Counted from the stretch's first letter, positions 1-14,858 are shown. The stretch is DNA of 64,000 nt from Adineta vaga (GCA_021613535.1 CP075496.1:3782001-3846000), one strand, 5' to 3'. Numbers and translations: made by a program. Notes: generated by a model from the letters alone, not told the origin.

Positions 1-1
1 A

Positions 2-115
2 CGAATTGTTGCTGATGGAAAAACTCGTTTTATTACAAGTTCAAATATTCCTGTATTAACAAAAGGTTATGGTGATATGGTTGATATTCGAGTAGAAAAA
101 ATCGATTTAATGTGA
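2..115 (+). CDS. 3' end of a YbaY/YscW-like lipoprotein-family protein (partial, runs off the window start)
   Basis: Frame 2 reads RIVADGKTRFITSSNIPVLTKGYGDMVDIRVEKIDLM*, resembling the C-terminus of bacterial YbaY proteins (RIxVDGKLxFITDxxxPVLTxG). Only 37 aa visible. Confidence 0.55.
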   Translation, partial: RIVADGKTRFITSSNIPVLTKGYGDMVDIRVEKIDLM

Positions 116-1754
116 TAAACGTCCTCACCCCAAACAAAAAACAAACCTATGACGAACGAACAAATTGTTCTTTCTCAGAAATGTTAAAGTTTTCTTTTCT
201 GTGTGCTTGTATTGTGTAAAATAAAACATGAAAACAAAATTCGAACAACCTCTGTATAATCATGCAACAATAAACAATTGAAATCTTCTTTTGTATAAGA
301 GATTTTTTCGAGTTGATCATTGTAGTTGACATATACTTTCAAAGAAAATTGTTTATGTGCTCATTTATGCACGAGATTTGATCAAATAATTCATTATTAG
401 CAAGAAGGTCATGAGATAGTAATCAAATATCATGAAAACTAAATGAATAATCAAATTGAAAGGAAAGTTTTTTTTCCCCGTTATTCATAGGAATATAAAC
501 ATAGTTAGATTTTGACAGATTCTTTTTATTGCTATATTAATATTCTCATTAAGAAAAAGAAAAGAGAAATCTGTTGTTTTTGATAAGTTGATTAAGTTCA
601 TTTGCTATGAAGTGTGTTGCATATTTTCTTTGTTATTCAAGTACTTATTGATGTTATAGGAGAGAGAAAGAAACAGACAAAAGTCGATGATGTATTCTAT
701 TTGGATTTGATCTTTTTTTCCTACGAACTATTCAATGACATTTCTTAACAATAAAAAAGACATAAACACTATGAACGATTCCTTGATATCTACAAATTGA
801 AGTATCAGATCTGATATGACTAAAAAGAGAATCGTGTTATGTGCTCGAGGGAAATTCAGGTTAACTATCACGATGTTTACTTTACTGTTGAAATTGTTAT
901 TGTTCTTCTGATAAAATAGTCTGTAAATCAATAAAATGCAAAAATTAACCGAAGAAAAGAGAGTTTTGAATTATTAATTCGTTATATTTATCTTTACTGG
1001 ATTTTTTCTTAGAACAAATAATGTGAAGGTACAGTTATACTCTTTTTATCTAATTATTAAATCAATGATCTATATAATAATAATAAATTTTATTAGACAA
1101 GACGAATATATTTAGTAAAGATATATATATATTTATGTCTTTCCATTGTCATTGATTTTTGTACTAGAATAAACTTTAAAAACATTTTTCAAGCTCATTA
1201 ATTTATTCTACTTGAAGAAAGAAATAATCTGATTAAACTATTCAACTTTTCCTACAGTTTTCATTACTTTAATTTCTCTTCGTAGAAAATTATCAATTTA
1301 AATGAGTTTATATACGAGTAGCATGTCAATTAATTCTAGATGTTCTTCGATAATAATAAATATCGAGAGAGATTTTTCTAAAGCTCACAAATATTTTAAT
1401 AGTACATCATGAGGTATATCCAGTTGATTTGAAACGAAAAGAAATAATAATTATTGTAGAATATAACGATGAAAAAAATTTCAATTGAATCACTCTAGTC
1501 ATGCGTTCCATTTATAAATGATGAAATAGAATGAAACAGTTTTTGACTTATGTCAACAAGATCGTTTTATTTATTGTTTTTTTTTATCAGAATTCAACAA
1601 AATTCATATACACATATCACATAAATAACAATGCAGACGTCAATAAAATTAAGAGTATAACAGAATAAGACGCAAAGCAAAAAATTGAAAGTTATTAGGA
1701 AAGAAAAGAAAAGAAAAGAAAGAAAGAAAGAATACTTTTTAAAAAATCTCTTGT

Positions 1755-3147
1755 TCAACTTTTCACACTTAAATCACGTATTAACGGTTCTTTGTCACTA
1801 GTAAATCCGTATCTTTTCTGTAGTGAAAGTGGTGGCTGTGGCGGTGGTGGTCGTGGTAATGCTAAAACGACTTTGACAGTATCATAAATAAACCATTGCA
1901 AAGCTGTTAACGTTCCAATCATGAAAATTCGTGGACCAAGACCTTTCCATAAACCTAGCGAACAAATAAAAAGAAACATTTTCTATGTGCTTTCACAATC
2001 ATTCAATTTACCAGCAAAGCCAACACGTCGAACAGCATCAAATAAGCTAAGGCCTTTTTCATTATTTAATTTTGATACAATTGTGTCAGCTGGATGACTG
2101 ATAATAGCACAAAATATTCCAGCAATATATCCCGCTATAAATGTGACACCTAATTGTTCAGTTTTTGTACATTGTTCTCGTGGCTTAGGAACAACATATT
2201 TATATAGAGCTTCGACTGTACGTTCGAAACATGCAAATTTCATCATCGTGTAGGGTATTTGACGTAGCCATAATGGAACAATACCTTTATAGAACCTACA
2301 TATAAATATAGAAAGCTCGACTTCTATTTAAAAAAAACAGATATTTCATTCTTCTCTTACCCATAAAATCCTTCTTCCGCTAGAAAGAAAAAGAGAAAAG
2401 TTATGATAAAACAAAATATTTTGAAAAGAAAATCTTCATACCATAAAGTTTTGGTAAACCTTGCCTGAGTGTCGATGCCCAATTATCTTGTGTTTGTATT
2501 CGTACTTTAGTTGCTTCCCATGGAGCGAGAGCGACATCAGCAAAAAATTCTGCTGATGCACTTGATAATAAATAAAGTAATGTTCGATAAAGATAAGCAT
2601 TTTCTTCACCAAGAATACCACTATAGAATACTTTAAAAAGTTCATAAAATCCAAATTTTGCAAGACCTTGTAGAGAATAACCAATCATAGTTGGTGCCCA
2701 ACCTTTAGTTAAACCCATGAGACCTTCTTCTCTAAATTAATTGATTTTATTTATTCAAATAAACATCATAGTTTGTAAACATACGCTATAGTGACTTTGA
2801 AACCATTGATGAGATTCACATATTTTTGAGGTTTGACTTGTAAACGACATTTAATAAGATCCTACGATAATCAAAGACATCAAACACAAATTCTAGATAT
2901 TCTTTCGATCTATGTTAGTAAATAACATACTAGTGGAACAACGGCTGTATGTGTAACACCACAACTTATCATTCCACCAAGTCCACAGTAACTATAATAT
3001 TTAACTGAACCATATTCACAACTGTAATGTTCTAAAAATAAAGAAAAGTGACTTAAAAAACAACTCATGTCGTTCCATACCTTTTCCATTTGGATGATTC
3101 AAAGAAGACAAATTAAACAGATCACCAATCGATCGTAGAATTCCCAT
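1755..3147 (-). CDS. SLC25A3: Mitochondrial phosphate carrier (SLC25A3/PiC), multi-exon
   Basis: Exons encode [84 protein letters not shown] and [20 protein letters not shown] at 3147 is directly preceded by AG; 19-nt microexon at 2361-2379. Confidence 0.95.
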
Positions 3148-4996
3148 CTATCAACATACATAGAGCAAAAGTTTACTTCAAATAGTTTCTTTCACAATAC
3201 ATACAACACATTTGAAAGGAAGAATAGCCACCAATCGAATTAGTGTGATAATATAACTAATCAATCGATTTTCGAAAATTTCTTGCGTTTTCATGGTAAA
3301 CCAACGAGTTTTAGGAAGATGATGTGTTCTGTAAATAGAATAAATTTGATATTGCAGATATGTTCTATAAAAAATAAAATCATTCAATTTCCTGTCTAAT
3401 GGATCATCATCTAGTTGATATAGAACGTTGAGCATACGTCAAATAAGTATTAATTTAGTGAATGTTACTTTTTTTCTGTTTTTTTTTATATCGAAAAACG
3501 AGATATAATATCCCCTTGGTCTTTTTCTTCTTTCTTTTCATACATATTTGAGACCAAATAAGATATTTCCTTCACTGCATTTAATACCTCTGTCATGTCA
3601 TGGACATGGTCTATTTATCGAACAGACGAAGAAAAAACGTATATTCAAGGAATTTCACCCTGAAAATAGTTATTTATTTACTTGTTTTTTTTCATTTAGA
3701 ACATATTTCAATATAACACATGACGACACGTTTAACAGACAGTAGCAGAACAGATGAAAAGTTCGAGACGTTGATCTAGAAAAAGAAAATGAAATAAATA
3801 GATTAAATGTATTTGTTAAGTAGATGAAGAAAGAAAGACCAAGATTAAGATTTGTCAAAAAAATTCCAACGTTATAATCTCATAATGATATGATTTTATC
3901 AACATTGAATACGTAATTGACATATAATTATTTAAAATATGTCTATAATACGAAAATCTCTTTTCGAACAAGCAAATTTGTCGAATATTTAGATTTTAAC
4001 AATTACAGAGAAAATAAAAACTTTCCTCTCGATCGTTTTCAAAGATTCGATTAGAGAACAGTATTTGATATCGTCACAGTATGTGTTAACATTTACTTAT
4101 GTATAATATATATTTGTAACAAGAAAGAAAGAAATAAGTTTCCTGTATCACCAAGTTTTCATTGGTTTGTAATAGCCATCATGATGTACCCAATACTACT
4201 CGACAACTCATCGATGATCGAAAAAATTTCAGTTGATTATATATCCATACAAATTTACTAAGTTTCTGATTACTTCTTTGAACTTCCAACCATAGATCTA
4301 CGAACATTTTCTACAACAAACTTACAATATGTGGCTCCATCTAGCAAATATATCTACAGTAAATGCTATAATCGAATCCATAATTAAAGTGAATTTTAAT
4401 AAAAGAACTGTCATTGCTTGAAAACTATGAGTCGGTATTTAAGAATAATGCTTGTTTATATCAATAAACTTTGATGTATATCGACAGTATTCTATCTGTA
4501 ATTGATTCAGTTTGTAAACTCTTAGCATATTTTTATATAAAATTCGTTACAGAGAAGAAGAAGAACGAATGATTGAAGCTTAGGTTTTTTGTTTTTGTTA
4601 TTTCTCAAGTAAATATATAAGTTTTTCAATCCATACATATCAAGTACTCTTAAAGTGTCATTGAAATATCTAAATAAATAGAAAAAAGCTTTTTCGTTTA
4701 TCTCCAACGTAGTTTGATGATACATAGAAAATAGTAACAGCTATTGTATATAATATATAGTATTTAAGAAAGAAAATCAAGAACAAGTTAAGTTTCAAGA
4801 TTATTTGCTATATAAAATCTCTTCATCAAATACTTCACGTGACTATTTTGTGAATATTGATGAAAATAACAGATATCTCTCCTTGACAACCTGTTGTTTT
4901 TTCGTTATCGATTCTTTTATATCTAAATAGATCTCTTCATTGACTTTGTTTATATAGTAATATTGACAAGTGCTTTATCTTGATGATCTTATCAGA

Positions 4997-5773
4997 ATGC
5001 GTTCATCAACTGCACCAATTCTTTTCTGGGGTTACTGGGCTAATTTAGTTTATATTATTGGTATGATAGGATATTTAACAATCGATACAATTAGTTATAA
5101 TTATACATCATTGAATAATACATTTTCATTTATTATTTATCTTTCTCTTGCAATTCTATTTGTGATTGATGCACTATTATATACTATTGATTGGTATATC
5201 TATGCAGTAAAATTGAGAAAATCAACAAATGAATCGATTCAATATCGTTCAGAATTTTTTGCATGTATTTTTCAAAATCTTGGTAGTTATTTTTATCTCA
5301 TTGGTGCTATTTTATCTTTTGATAAACTTCGATGGATTAATAAGATTCTATTGTTCAATCTCATCGGTATTTTCTCATTTCTAATTGAATCTATTTTTAC
5401 TTTACTTGGTTGGTTGATTATTTTTCGACGAAACTCTCAAAGTCATCCGAAAAAAAGTTGTACTATTCAAGTAATACATTAAAACTTTTAATTTTTGTTA
5501 GGCTACTTTTCTATATAGAACGTATATATATGGGCACATACATTTAATATTATTGGGAATTTCGTTTATCTATGTGCAATTATATTAGCTTATGATTGTT
5601 ATAAAAATCATAAGATTATTAGTTCTAATACTGTACTTTTAATACAAATCTTTGGTGATTTAGTGTATTTATTTGATGCTTATCTTTATCATGAATGTTG
5701 GCAACGTGACGCTGACAAATTGATTACTTATACTGAACAAGAGTCTGATAAAAATCATGAAAATAATAAATGA
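4997..5773 (+). CDS. Uncharacterised polytopic membrane protein (two exons, intron 5471-5518)
   Basis: Several hydrophobic helices with a repeated pattern (WANLVYIIG / FQNLGSYFYLIG / FNIIGNFVYL / FGDLVYLFDAYLY). A GT-AG intron joins the exons in frame to TGA at 5771-5773. Confidence 0.7.
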
Positions 5774-7121
5774 AAATTTCTAACCAATAGAAGTTCATCT
5801 CTCTTCTACATAGGAAAATAACTGCTAACAGTTGATTGGGAAGCAAAACACACATGAAGTTAATTTTTACATGTATGAAAACACCAATTAATTCGATCAG
5901 ATAAAATCTGTTTACCATGAGTATTGTACGATATTTCGAATCTGCCTATTATTTGAAATAGTTCTAAATAAATACATCGAACAGATGAAAGTTTTTCTCT
6001 TTGTCATTATTCATGTCAACTACGACGAAGGAATCTTTCCCATATAACTTGAATATATGGTGGGATGAGAAAGAAAACTATATTACAAGTAATTGTTCTT
6101 TCCATTTTCTCTTTGCTTCTATTTTCTTATGTTATTAATTCCGGAACACATCTATCACATACGTTAATCTTCAGTCGTGTATTCAGTTGATTGATAGTAT
6201 GTTGATCAATTGATATTTATTGATAGAAGCATTTTTTTATTAACAAAACATTTTTCTATTCTTCCTGTCGTTCGTGTTAAAACGACAATCGAACAGATTA
6301 AGTCGCTTGCAAATGTTTATTAGAAATCAAATATGTCTCATGATGTCTGATGTCACACATCTAACATCTCTTTATGATTAAATCGATGGAATCGTAGTGT
6401 GAAACTAATGCGATTAGATCATCATCATCATTATTATTATCAACAATATCATGTTGTTCGATAGAGAAGTAGAAGAAAAAGAGAGAGAGAGAACAAAATC
6501 GTCAAGAAGATTGCTGTCAACTAATTTTGACTAAAAGGCTAAATATCGATAATTGAGATGCGTCTGTTTTTCTCATTGAATAAATAAACTAACGACAACG
6601 AATTTTAACAGTTTGTACAAGCATACAGACAATCAATAGACTAATGAATGAACATCACTGCTAGGCTATAATATATCAGAGCAAGAAGCTTTATGCATCA
6701 AAAGAAAAGTAGCCGCCATACGATCTAAGGAGAAAGTGAGACGTTAATTCATCGAAGAAGAAAACATTGTTTTATATATCAACTAAACGATTCGAGTAAA
6801 CATCCGGATCTAGTGACACCGTCAGTCTTATTATTATTATCTTACAGACGATCAATCAATCGATTATATTTAGCAGTGTAAAAAGAGAAATTAGCATAGT
6901 TGAGAAAAAAAACAAAGCGGCAAATAATCTTGGAATATTCATGTTGGTTAAGATCTAGATTATTTTCTTTCTTTTATAAAAGTGAATATGAGTATACGTA
7001 TACAAAGAGAAAGAAAAAAAGAAACGAGACATTAAAACAAAACAAAAAACAACAAGAAAATACGACGAACAAAGTGTATGTATATTTTGTATATATATGT
7101 CAATAAGATAAAATGTTCAAT

Positions 7122-8594
7122 TTAACGATCTCCTGTTTTATTGGCTGCTGCTACTGCTGCAGCTGCTTCTTGTTGATGACGTTTAAGAAGTTTTTCATAG
7201 GCTGTTGCTAATGCTGCTGGATGTGTCTGAGCAAAATGATGAAGGAAATTAGCAGATAATGGCGGTGGTGGATAGAGACCGGCAAATTGATGTGTAGGAT
7301 GCAATGGTGGTGGTAATAATGATAAATGATTTTCACGTTGATTTGAACTATTTGATTGAGGATGAAGGAGTGGAGGTGGAAAAAACATGGATGGACGAAA
7401 ATCAAATGATGGTCCGTTTTGATGTGGTGTTGCTAATGTTGGTATAGGTGTAAACGCTGATTTTGTTGTTGGTCCTGCTGCTGTAACTGATGTTGGAACA
7501 TCACTTTGTAATTGATTTTGAATTGATATAATATTATCACCTAATGTTATAAAATGATCAATAGTTTTAGCTAAATCTCCTTGACATGACGATAGAGCAG
7601 TCATTAATACTGAACGTTTTTGCATAGGAAAAACACGTTCAAGTATATCAACATGAGACATATTATGTCGACGAATTTTTGTACGTGGTGATATGGTATT
7701 GGTTTGTTGTTCATCAGTAATCGAACCCGATGAATCTTCATTTGAATGTACACCTGATGTATTTGATGTTGTAGTTGTTCCTTCATCAGCACTTCGTTTT
7801 GTTGAACTTGTTGGACTACTACCTGTTTTAGGTGAAGATCCTGATACAACTGATTCATGATCATTTCGTGGAGAATTCGATGAAGAAGCATGGTCACCTG
7901 AATAAATAAATCATTTTTAGAAAAAAAGTCTTTTCTTCTTTTTCTAATTTCATATAAATATATACTATAACAAATTTTCAGTCTTTCAAACACGTACATT
8001 TTCTCTGTCTTCATCTTATTGACATATTCTCATATAAGAAAATGCATGTACGCATACACAGATACACAAAGAATGTCGGCATTTAGTTTATTAGTTATGA
8101 ATGAAAATTCTACAAACTATCAAATTTACCTTCATCATCATCGTCATCTTCATGACTACCATTTGATGATGTCACTGCACCCCAAACAGGTCCAGGCTAT
8201 AAAAATTTAAAGAAAAAAAATATAAGTTTAGTTGTTTTTTTCTTTTTCTATTAAAATATTAAATCTGGCTTTTTTCACTTACTGGTAATTGATTAAAAGG
8301 TGAAAGACAACGAACACGTAAAGCAATTGCATCTTCACTTGCTTGTTGTCGTTTTAAAGCAACTTGTGCTGCCATAACACGTTGTCGTTCAGCAATTAAA
8401 ATACATTTAGCACAAGCACAATCACGAAATTTACAATGACGTTTATGTCCTTTCAACCAGGAGATCATTCCATGATTTCGGCAACGTGCACATTTTGGAC
8501 GTCGTACACCACGTTGTTCACCTAATTGATAAGTAACTGATGGTACAGCGTTCGAAGCAGACGATGATGTTGACATCAAACCAACGATATTCAT
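7122..8594 (-). CDS. dmrt93B: Doublesex/Mab-3-related transcription factor, Dmrt93B type (DM + DMA domains); exons 8594-8283, 8196-8130, 7897-7122
   Basis: DM domain [62 protein letters not shown], the spliced LPPGPVWG motif typical of 93B, and DMA domain [31 protein letters not shown]. The start Met is uncertain. Confidence 0.88.
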
Positions 8595-10903
8595 AAGTGC
8601 ATTCGACACAAGGTTAGATACAGCAAAAAAAAGAAGAAAAAAATCAAAAGAAAAAGAATATATGATTAGTTCGTCAGTTGCCCTTTTCTCCAACGGGAAG
8701 CCGGTCCGATATGATGGTATCGTTTTAGCTTGTTGTGTTCTTTTTTTTCTCTTTTCGTCGTATTACTTTTCTCGATACTCTTTCTTTTCTTATTGGCTCC
8801 TGTTTGCTATTGGTTCTCATCGATGGCTACAGCCAATTGTATAAGCGAAAGAATATATCTCACTCGATTAGTATCGCTCTCTTTCGATTCTTTTCTTTTT
8901 CTCTTCTCTTTCTCACTCTTGCATTTGACTTGTCTACAATCGTAGGACAACAGAGAAAAAGAAGAAGAAGAAGGGAAAAAAGCAGATACGTGCCATTTAA
9001 TATATTGAGATGGATTGCAATTTTCTATGTTCTCTTCCCTTTCGGGTGTGGATATTAATATTGATGTATGTGTAGGCTGCAGGAGGCCGTATTGAAACAA
9101 AGAAATAAACGAGCAAAAAGCAAAAAGGCGACAAAGATAATGTTACGAAAAGCGCCTGCTCACGTTCTCATAAAACAAAGAAGAAGAAGAAGAAGGAGAA
9201 AAAAGATTATAATTTTCATAAAATGGATGTTCATGATGGTAGATATGCCAATCATTGAATGTTTATTGATTTAATTTTCTCATTAGACCGTTTAAAAAAG
9301 ATTTCTTCTGTCATGTGTTCATCGTTTTCAATAAAATCTGGGACAGATGTGTGTGTCGAATTAAACGCTTTGTAAACAAATAGATGTACAAATACATATA
9401 TATATATATATATTTATGAAATCTAAACTCTGTTTAATAACAAATGAAAAGGAAAATCTAGTTCATGCTTTCACATATGCATAGTCATGATCAATTAGAC
9501 TGATTTGCTGTCTTTACCTCCTAGTTTTCTTTCTAATCGCACAACTGATCTTCTGAACAGGGAGCGGCACGGCAGGGAAACATGTTGTGTTTGCCGGTTA
9601 GTAAGTAAATATCGCACATATACATCTAATGATTAGGTCAAACTGAACATGAGCGTCTTGTTTTTTTTGAGCACTACTCGATATTATTAATGTTTATTCA
9701 AACATTGTACGAAAATCAATATAGAAAAAAAAAGAAAAGATAAGAATTGGTGATGTTGATGTGTTTTATAACAAAATAATAGTACGTTCTATTGATAAGT
9801 GACGAGTCACTCGACGACAACAGTGATGGTGCTTGCATTGTATTCCCATACACTTATACTATCAGTCAATTTGTTCTATTCAAAGATTAGAATAGAGACA
9901 GACAATGTATTGCTTCGATTTTCAAATCGATGAGTATCAAGCTAAGATAACTAATGTTAAAGAATGAAATTCGCTTAAATTGTGTATTTTTTCTTCACCA
10001 AAATATTTAATCAATGAAACAAATCTTCGTATAGCTGACGTCATCATTCGATGACTTATCAGAAGCTTTTAATCAATACATTTATGGAATATTTATATTG
10101 ACATCAGATTAACATTAATAGACATTCAGTTTCTCTTTCAAAGTAATTGTTAATGAAGAAACTTCTCTAAGAAAAAGAAAATTTGAATTAGGTAAATATT
10201 GACTTGATTTCATGCAATCAATCTTCTAGTTGATATATCCACGATTTCCGACACGAAGAAAAATATTGAAGATCCTAGCCAATGAAATGAGTACAAAAGA
10301 AGATTTGATTATCTTTATTGGTTATTGATTGAATCGAAGAGAAAGAGAAGAAAGTAAATACGAAATTCTCTTGTTTTTATGTAATATATTTTACATGCTG
10401 AATATTTTCACGTACGGATCAGTTGCAGGTCATGTTTGAAATCGACTCTTTCTGTCTTCCTGTCATCCGCTTTTACGAAAATAAGCTAAACATTATATGC
10501 TTACCTAACTTTTGATTGTCAATTTCAAATACATATGTCATATCACCGCCGCCGCCGCTATTCATCCAAATCGTCAGAGATGACATGTACATACAATAGG
10601 AAAAGAATTGTCTTTGAAATACGATAGGATATGTCTCAGACTCTTTAATAAAGCTTGTCGAAGGAATAAATATGTATAGTTTAAACTGTTTATGTCGATG
10701 ATTCGGATCAACGTCGATTTATAAGGAATAGAACAAAGCTCAGTTGAAACTGATTTTCGAAAAGATGAAAGAATGAAAGTAATCTCTCCTATTTTGATAG
10801 AATGAATATTAATTATGATAAATGATACGCATTCATGAAGAAACAAATCAATTTAATATAAATATAAATTGAGTGAAAAATAGAACATATATATTTATTC
10901 AAT

Positions 10904-13900
10904 TTAACTTCGAACTGAAATATTGTCATCCATATCTCCATGTAAATCATGTGAAAGATTTTGATCAAGTAATAATAAATCATCTTGATCAATATCATTA
11001 CCAAGACTTGAATCAGGTGTTTGACTCAATGGATCATTTTGAAGATCATTCGATGGTGCAGATTTTGTATCACGGTGATCACTTGATCGACTATTTGATA
11101 CATTAGCACTATCCGTACGAAGAGAAAGTGGAATTGTTTTCGAGATTTCTCGTCGAAGTTGACTTTGTATATTCGTAGTTTTAGCATCGAATAGTTCTTT
11201 AATACGTAATTTTGCTGATGCACGAAGTGCAAATTCTGATGACATCATCGCTGGTGGAGCTGATCCACCATATCTTAATCGAAGATTTGGATTTATTCCT
11301 TGTTGAATTGGCGAGTCAACAGATGGATGAGACGAATTACGACAGCCTGTTGCATTTGTCGATGGCAAAAACGAATCTATGAAAGAAGAAAACACAAATA
11401 TTAATATCATAAAAGCTGTGCAATTCAGCGATATGTGAAACCTGATCGTTGAATATCGAAATCATCAAAGCGTTTGATTTCATCAGATGTATTTGGTCGA
11501 GGAGCATCAAATCGATCATCTTCCAAACCTAAATAGCTTATTACAAGATCACGTAACTGATCATAACCATCATCAAGACTATCTAAATTCATATGGATAT
11601 TTAGAAAAGGAAGAGTTAAAACTAGATTTCATACTTGTTAAAATGAATGCATCAAAAAAACCTGGATGTGTTCGATTATATTCTGCATAAAGTTCAACTC
11701 GATTTAATGCCATTTTAATTTCACCATCATCAAAACCTTGTAATTGTAAACGACGTTCATGAATTTGACGATCCATTGGTAAGAGAAGAACACATCGAGG
11801 TTCAAAATGAGATTGTTTTATTGATAAAAGTCCCTAGTTAAATAAATATTCAAGAAAATAAGAAAAGCATTTGATCAATTCAATTTGAAATACTTCAAGT
11901 TCAATTTGTACAACACAAGCTAAACCTTCACGAGCGACATTTTCAATTGATGAACGTTGAAGTCCATTCCAATCACCATAATATTCATAACAACATAGGA
12001 ATTCGCCCTAAGAATCCAATCAGAGGAAAATGTATTTTGTTTTTTACAAAGATTTTCTTTACAAACTTTAGTCACATCTTCTTCGTATTGTTCATGTTTG
12101 ATAAATATATGATCAACACCATCTTTTTCATTATTACGTTTTTCACGTGCTGTATGTAAAGGCCTAAAAAGAATTAAAATTTCTCTTCTATCAATCTAAT
12201 TGTTTGTAGATAACGTGAAGAGCTCTGTCTATTGTAACTGTCGATACGAAATTAGAATTGCTTGAATGACAGTGAAATCATATTCCTAAAAACAAGTTCT
12301 GTCCAATCAATTCGTTATTTACCCATAACCAAAAAATTCACCAAATTCTTCGACCAATCGATGAGCTAATTCAATTCTTCCACAACCTTCTGGCCCTGAT
12401 AAAATTAACATTGGATAGGGTGTCTCAATATTTGGTAAAGTACTAAATATCAAAAGAAATTGTCTTCAATTCATGAATATCAATTCTTTACCTTTCTTGC
12501 ACTCGATGATCTTGTAAAAAGGCAAAGACAACATTTGTCATATGATCTCTTGATGCGAAATATTCTGATGATGGATTAAACATCTGTTTTGACTCGACCT
12601 TATTTATAAAAAATAGATTTTCATCTGATTCCAAGTCTTCTTAGCATACTTTTTCAGTAACATCAATTTTTCGTCGATCAAGAATTGTTAAATGTTGTAA
12701 TTTAAAAATAACTGAAAGTCGATATTCATCAATTTCAGTTATTTTATTTCCACGTAAATTTAAATCTCGTAATAGACGATATTCACTAAGACGATCAATA
12801 TCAGCTAGATTATGAATCTAAATGAAAATGATCATAGAAGTGATTATTACATATCAAATTTGTCCTTTTTTACTTGATTATCAGCAAGATCGAGTACTTC
12901 AAGAAAACCTAATCGTTCTGGTATACTTTCTAATGAATTCAATTTATTACATGATAAATTTAATTGTTGTAAATATTGAAGCGTATCAAGATGTTCAATT
13001 TTATGAATTTGATTCGATCTCTAAATCATAAGAAACAAATCTTCTTTCTTTTGAAAAATATAATATAAATTGTTCAACATACTAAATTTAAATATTTAAG
13101 TGGTAAACCATCTAATTCTTCGATTCGATCAATACGATTATGTGCTAAACTTAAATGTTGTAATCGATAGCAGTTTTTTAAACCTTCTATTTTTGATATT
13201 TGATTATCTAGAAGTCAAATGATGTTTCTTTTGAGTATGTGAGGCGAAAATAATGAATTTACTATCAAGAACAAGTTTTTGTAGATAATGGAAATTTTCC
13301 AAATTTTCAATTTTTTCAATAAGATTGAAAGAAAAATCAGCTTCTTTTAAATTTCGTGGTGGCCAAAAATCAAATAATTTACGAATTTTATTATTTGATA
13401 CATCCAATTCAAGTAAATAACTTAAATTATTTAATGGTGACAAATCTGTAATAAGATCATTAAATAAAAACAGCAAATATTAGATGTATTCCTACCAGAT
13501 ATATTATTGTATGGTAATTCAATTCTTTGTAGATGAGTATAATTACTCAATATTGATATATCACGTAAACCATAGCCCTAACAAGAAAAAAGAAGTTCGT
13601 AGAGGAAATATATTCGATTGATCAATTACAGGTAATGTTAATGTTAAACATGCTACACTGGATCCAACGGCTGTTTTACCAATTTTTGAAACATGTTTAG
13701 CAACTGTTTCAGCATCAAGCATTCCAACAGCGAAATTATTTCCCACAGAGGAATTATCATGATATGATTCATCTCCGCGAGCAGTTGATGATAAATCAGT
13801 AGCTCTTCTATCATCTTGAGATACATCATGTTTAGAAAATTGTTGCGGCCGATTTAATGATGATATTGGAATACTGTCAGTTGTTCGTCGACTAAGATTA

Positions 13901-14007
13901 CCTTCTTCATCGAGTACAAGAATATTAGTATCATCAGGTAATAAACGATTTGGATCATATGGAAGTTGTTTGTTGTTATTATTATTAGTAGAACGTATAT
14001 TACTCAT
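10904..14007 (-). CDS. LRGUK: Leucine-rich repeat and guanylate kinase domain-containing protein, multi-exon
   Basis: SDS22-like LRRs (DLSPLNNLSYLLELDVSNNKI, LKEADFSFNLIEKIENLE) followed by a GK-like P-loop region YPMLILSGPEGCGRIELAHRL, and REGLACVVQIELE / HPGFFDAFI. Confidence 0.88.
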
Positions 14008-14430
14008 TAGTTCGAATTTATCAGATGATCTACTGGTAAAACAGAAGACAAACAAATTTATTGTACAGTCATTTCAACGGTTTGTTCACTAGTGAAGACC
14101 TCTAGATTATTTTATTTTTTATATGAGTGCCTGATGCGATAGATGTCTATAGTTTTTGTGTATGAAAAACAGTTGTTTTATATACAAATAGAAATAAATT
14201 TATTACCTTCATCTATATTTCTGAGATGTTTCATAACAGAGCAACGTGCTCGAAAAGTAATAAGCTTTTGTTTAATTATACTATCTTCAATAGTATTAGC
14301 AAACGGATATACCAAGACGAAATTAGTTTCAACAAAACAACTTACTACATTAGTAGTTTAATAGCAAAAAGTGAGAACAAAGAAAGTAAATTGAAACCGA
14401 TAATATGGAGCAAATAAAAAAGGGTCAAAA

Positions 14431-14549
14431 AGCTTACGACACTCGGTATTCCCAGGCGGTCACCCATCCAAGTACTAACCGAGCCCGACGTTGCTTAACT
14501 TCAGTGATCGGACGAGAACTGGTGTATTCAACGTGGTATGGCCGTAAGC
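14431..14549 (-). rRNA. 5S rRNA copy 1
   Basis: Reverse complement GCTTACGGCCATACCACGTTGAATACACC...GTACTTGGATGGGTGACCGCCTGGGAATACCGAGTGTCGTAAGCT, 119 nt, followed by an oligo-T Pol III terminator. Confidence 0.97.
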
Positions 14550-14858
14550 GTAGAACTAACTCTTGTCCATCACTTTTCACGCTATCACAGTTGCACAGCA
14601 GTTCCCACCATTGTTGGTTTTAAAATGAAACCTGTAGAGAAGTGTACGTGATTGAAGTATATAAAAAGAAAATGTTTGTCATATTCCACCAGTTATTTGT
14701 ATCCGTAGTAATAGCACATGTTTTGCATGAAATTCAGATATTTTTTGTTAAAAAAGTTTGAATCGTGATAAAAGAAATAATGCTGGTAGAGTAGTCTAAG
14801 GGAAAAGCATTCGACAGTAAAATAGATTTAAAACGTGAGGAAAAAAGAAAGATCAAAA

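Noticed and set aside
9702-9908. Two DM-domain binding-like sites (ACATTGT, ACAATGT) upstream of Dmrt93B
   Set aside because: A 7-mer of this composition is expected every few kb in such AT-rich DNA.
14550-14858. Spliced-leader RNA or snRNA gene in the 5S spacer (as in nematodes); Sm-like ATTTTTTG in an AT hairpin
   Set aside because: No match on either strand to the rotifer SL exon as I recall it (GGCTTATTACAACTTACCAAGAG), and no leader-GT donor arrangement. The Sm-like word is altered in spacer 10. An Rfam search would settle it.
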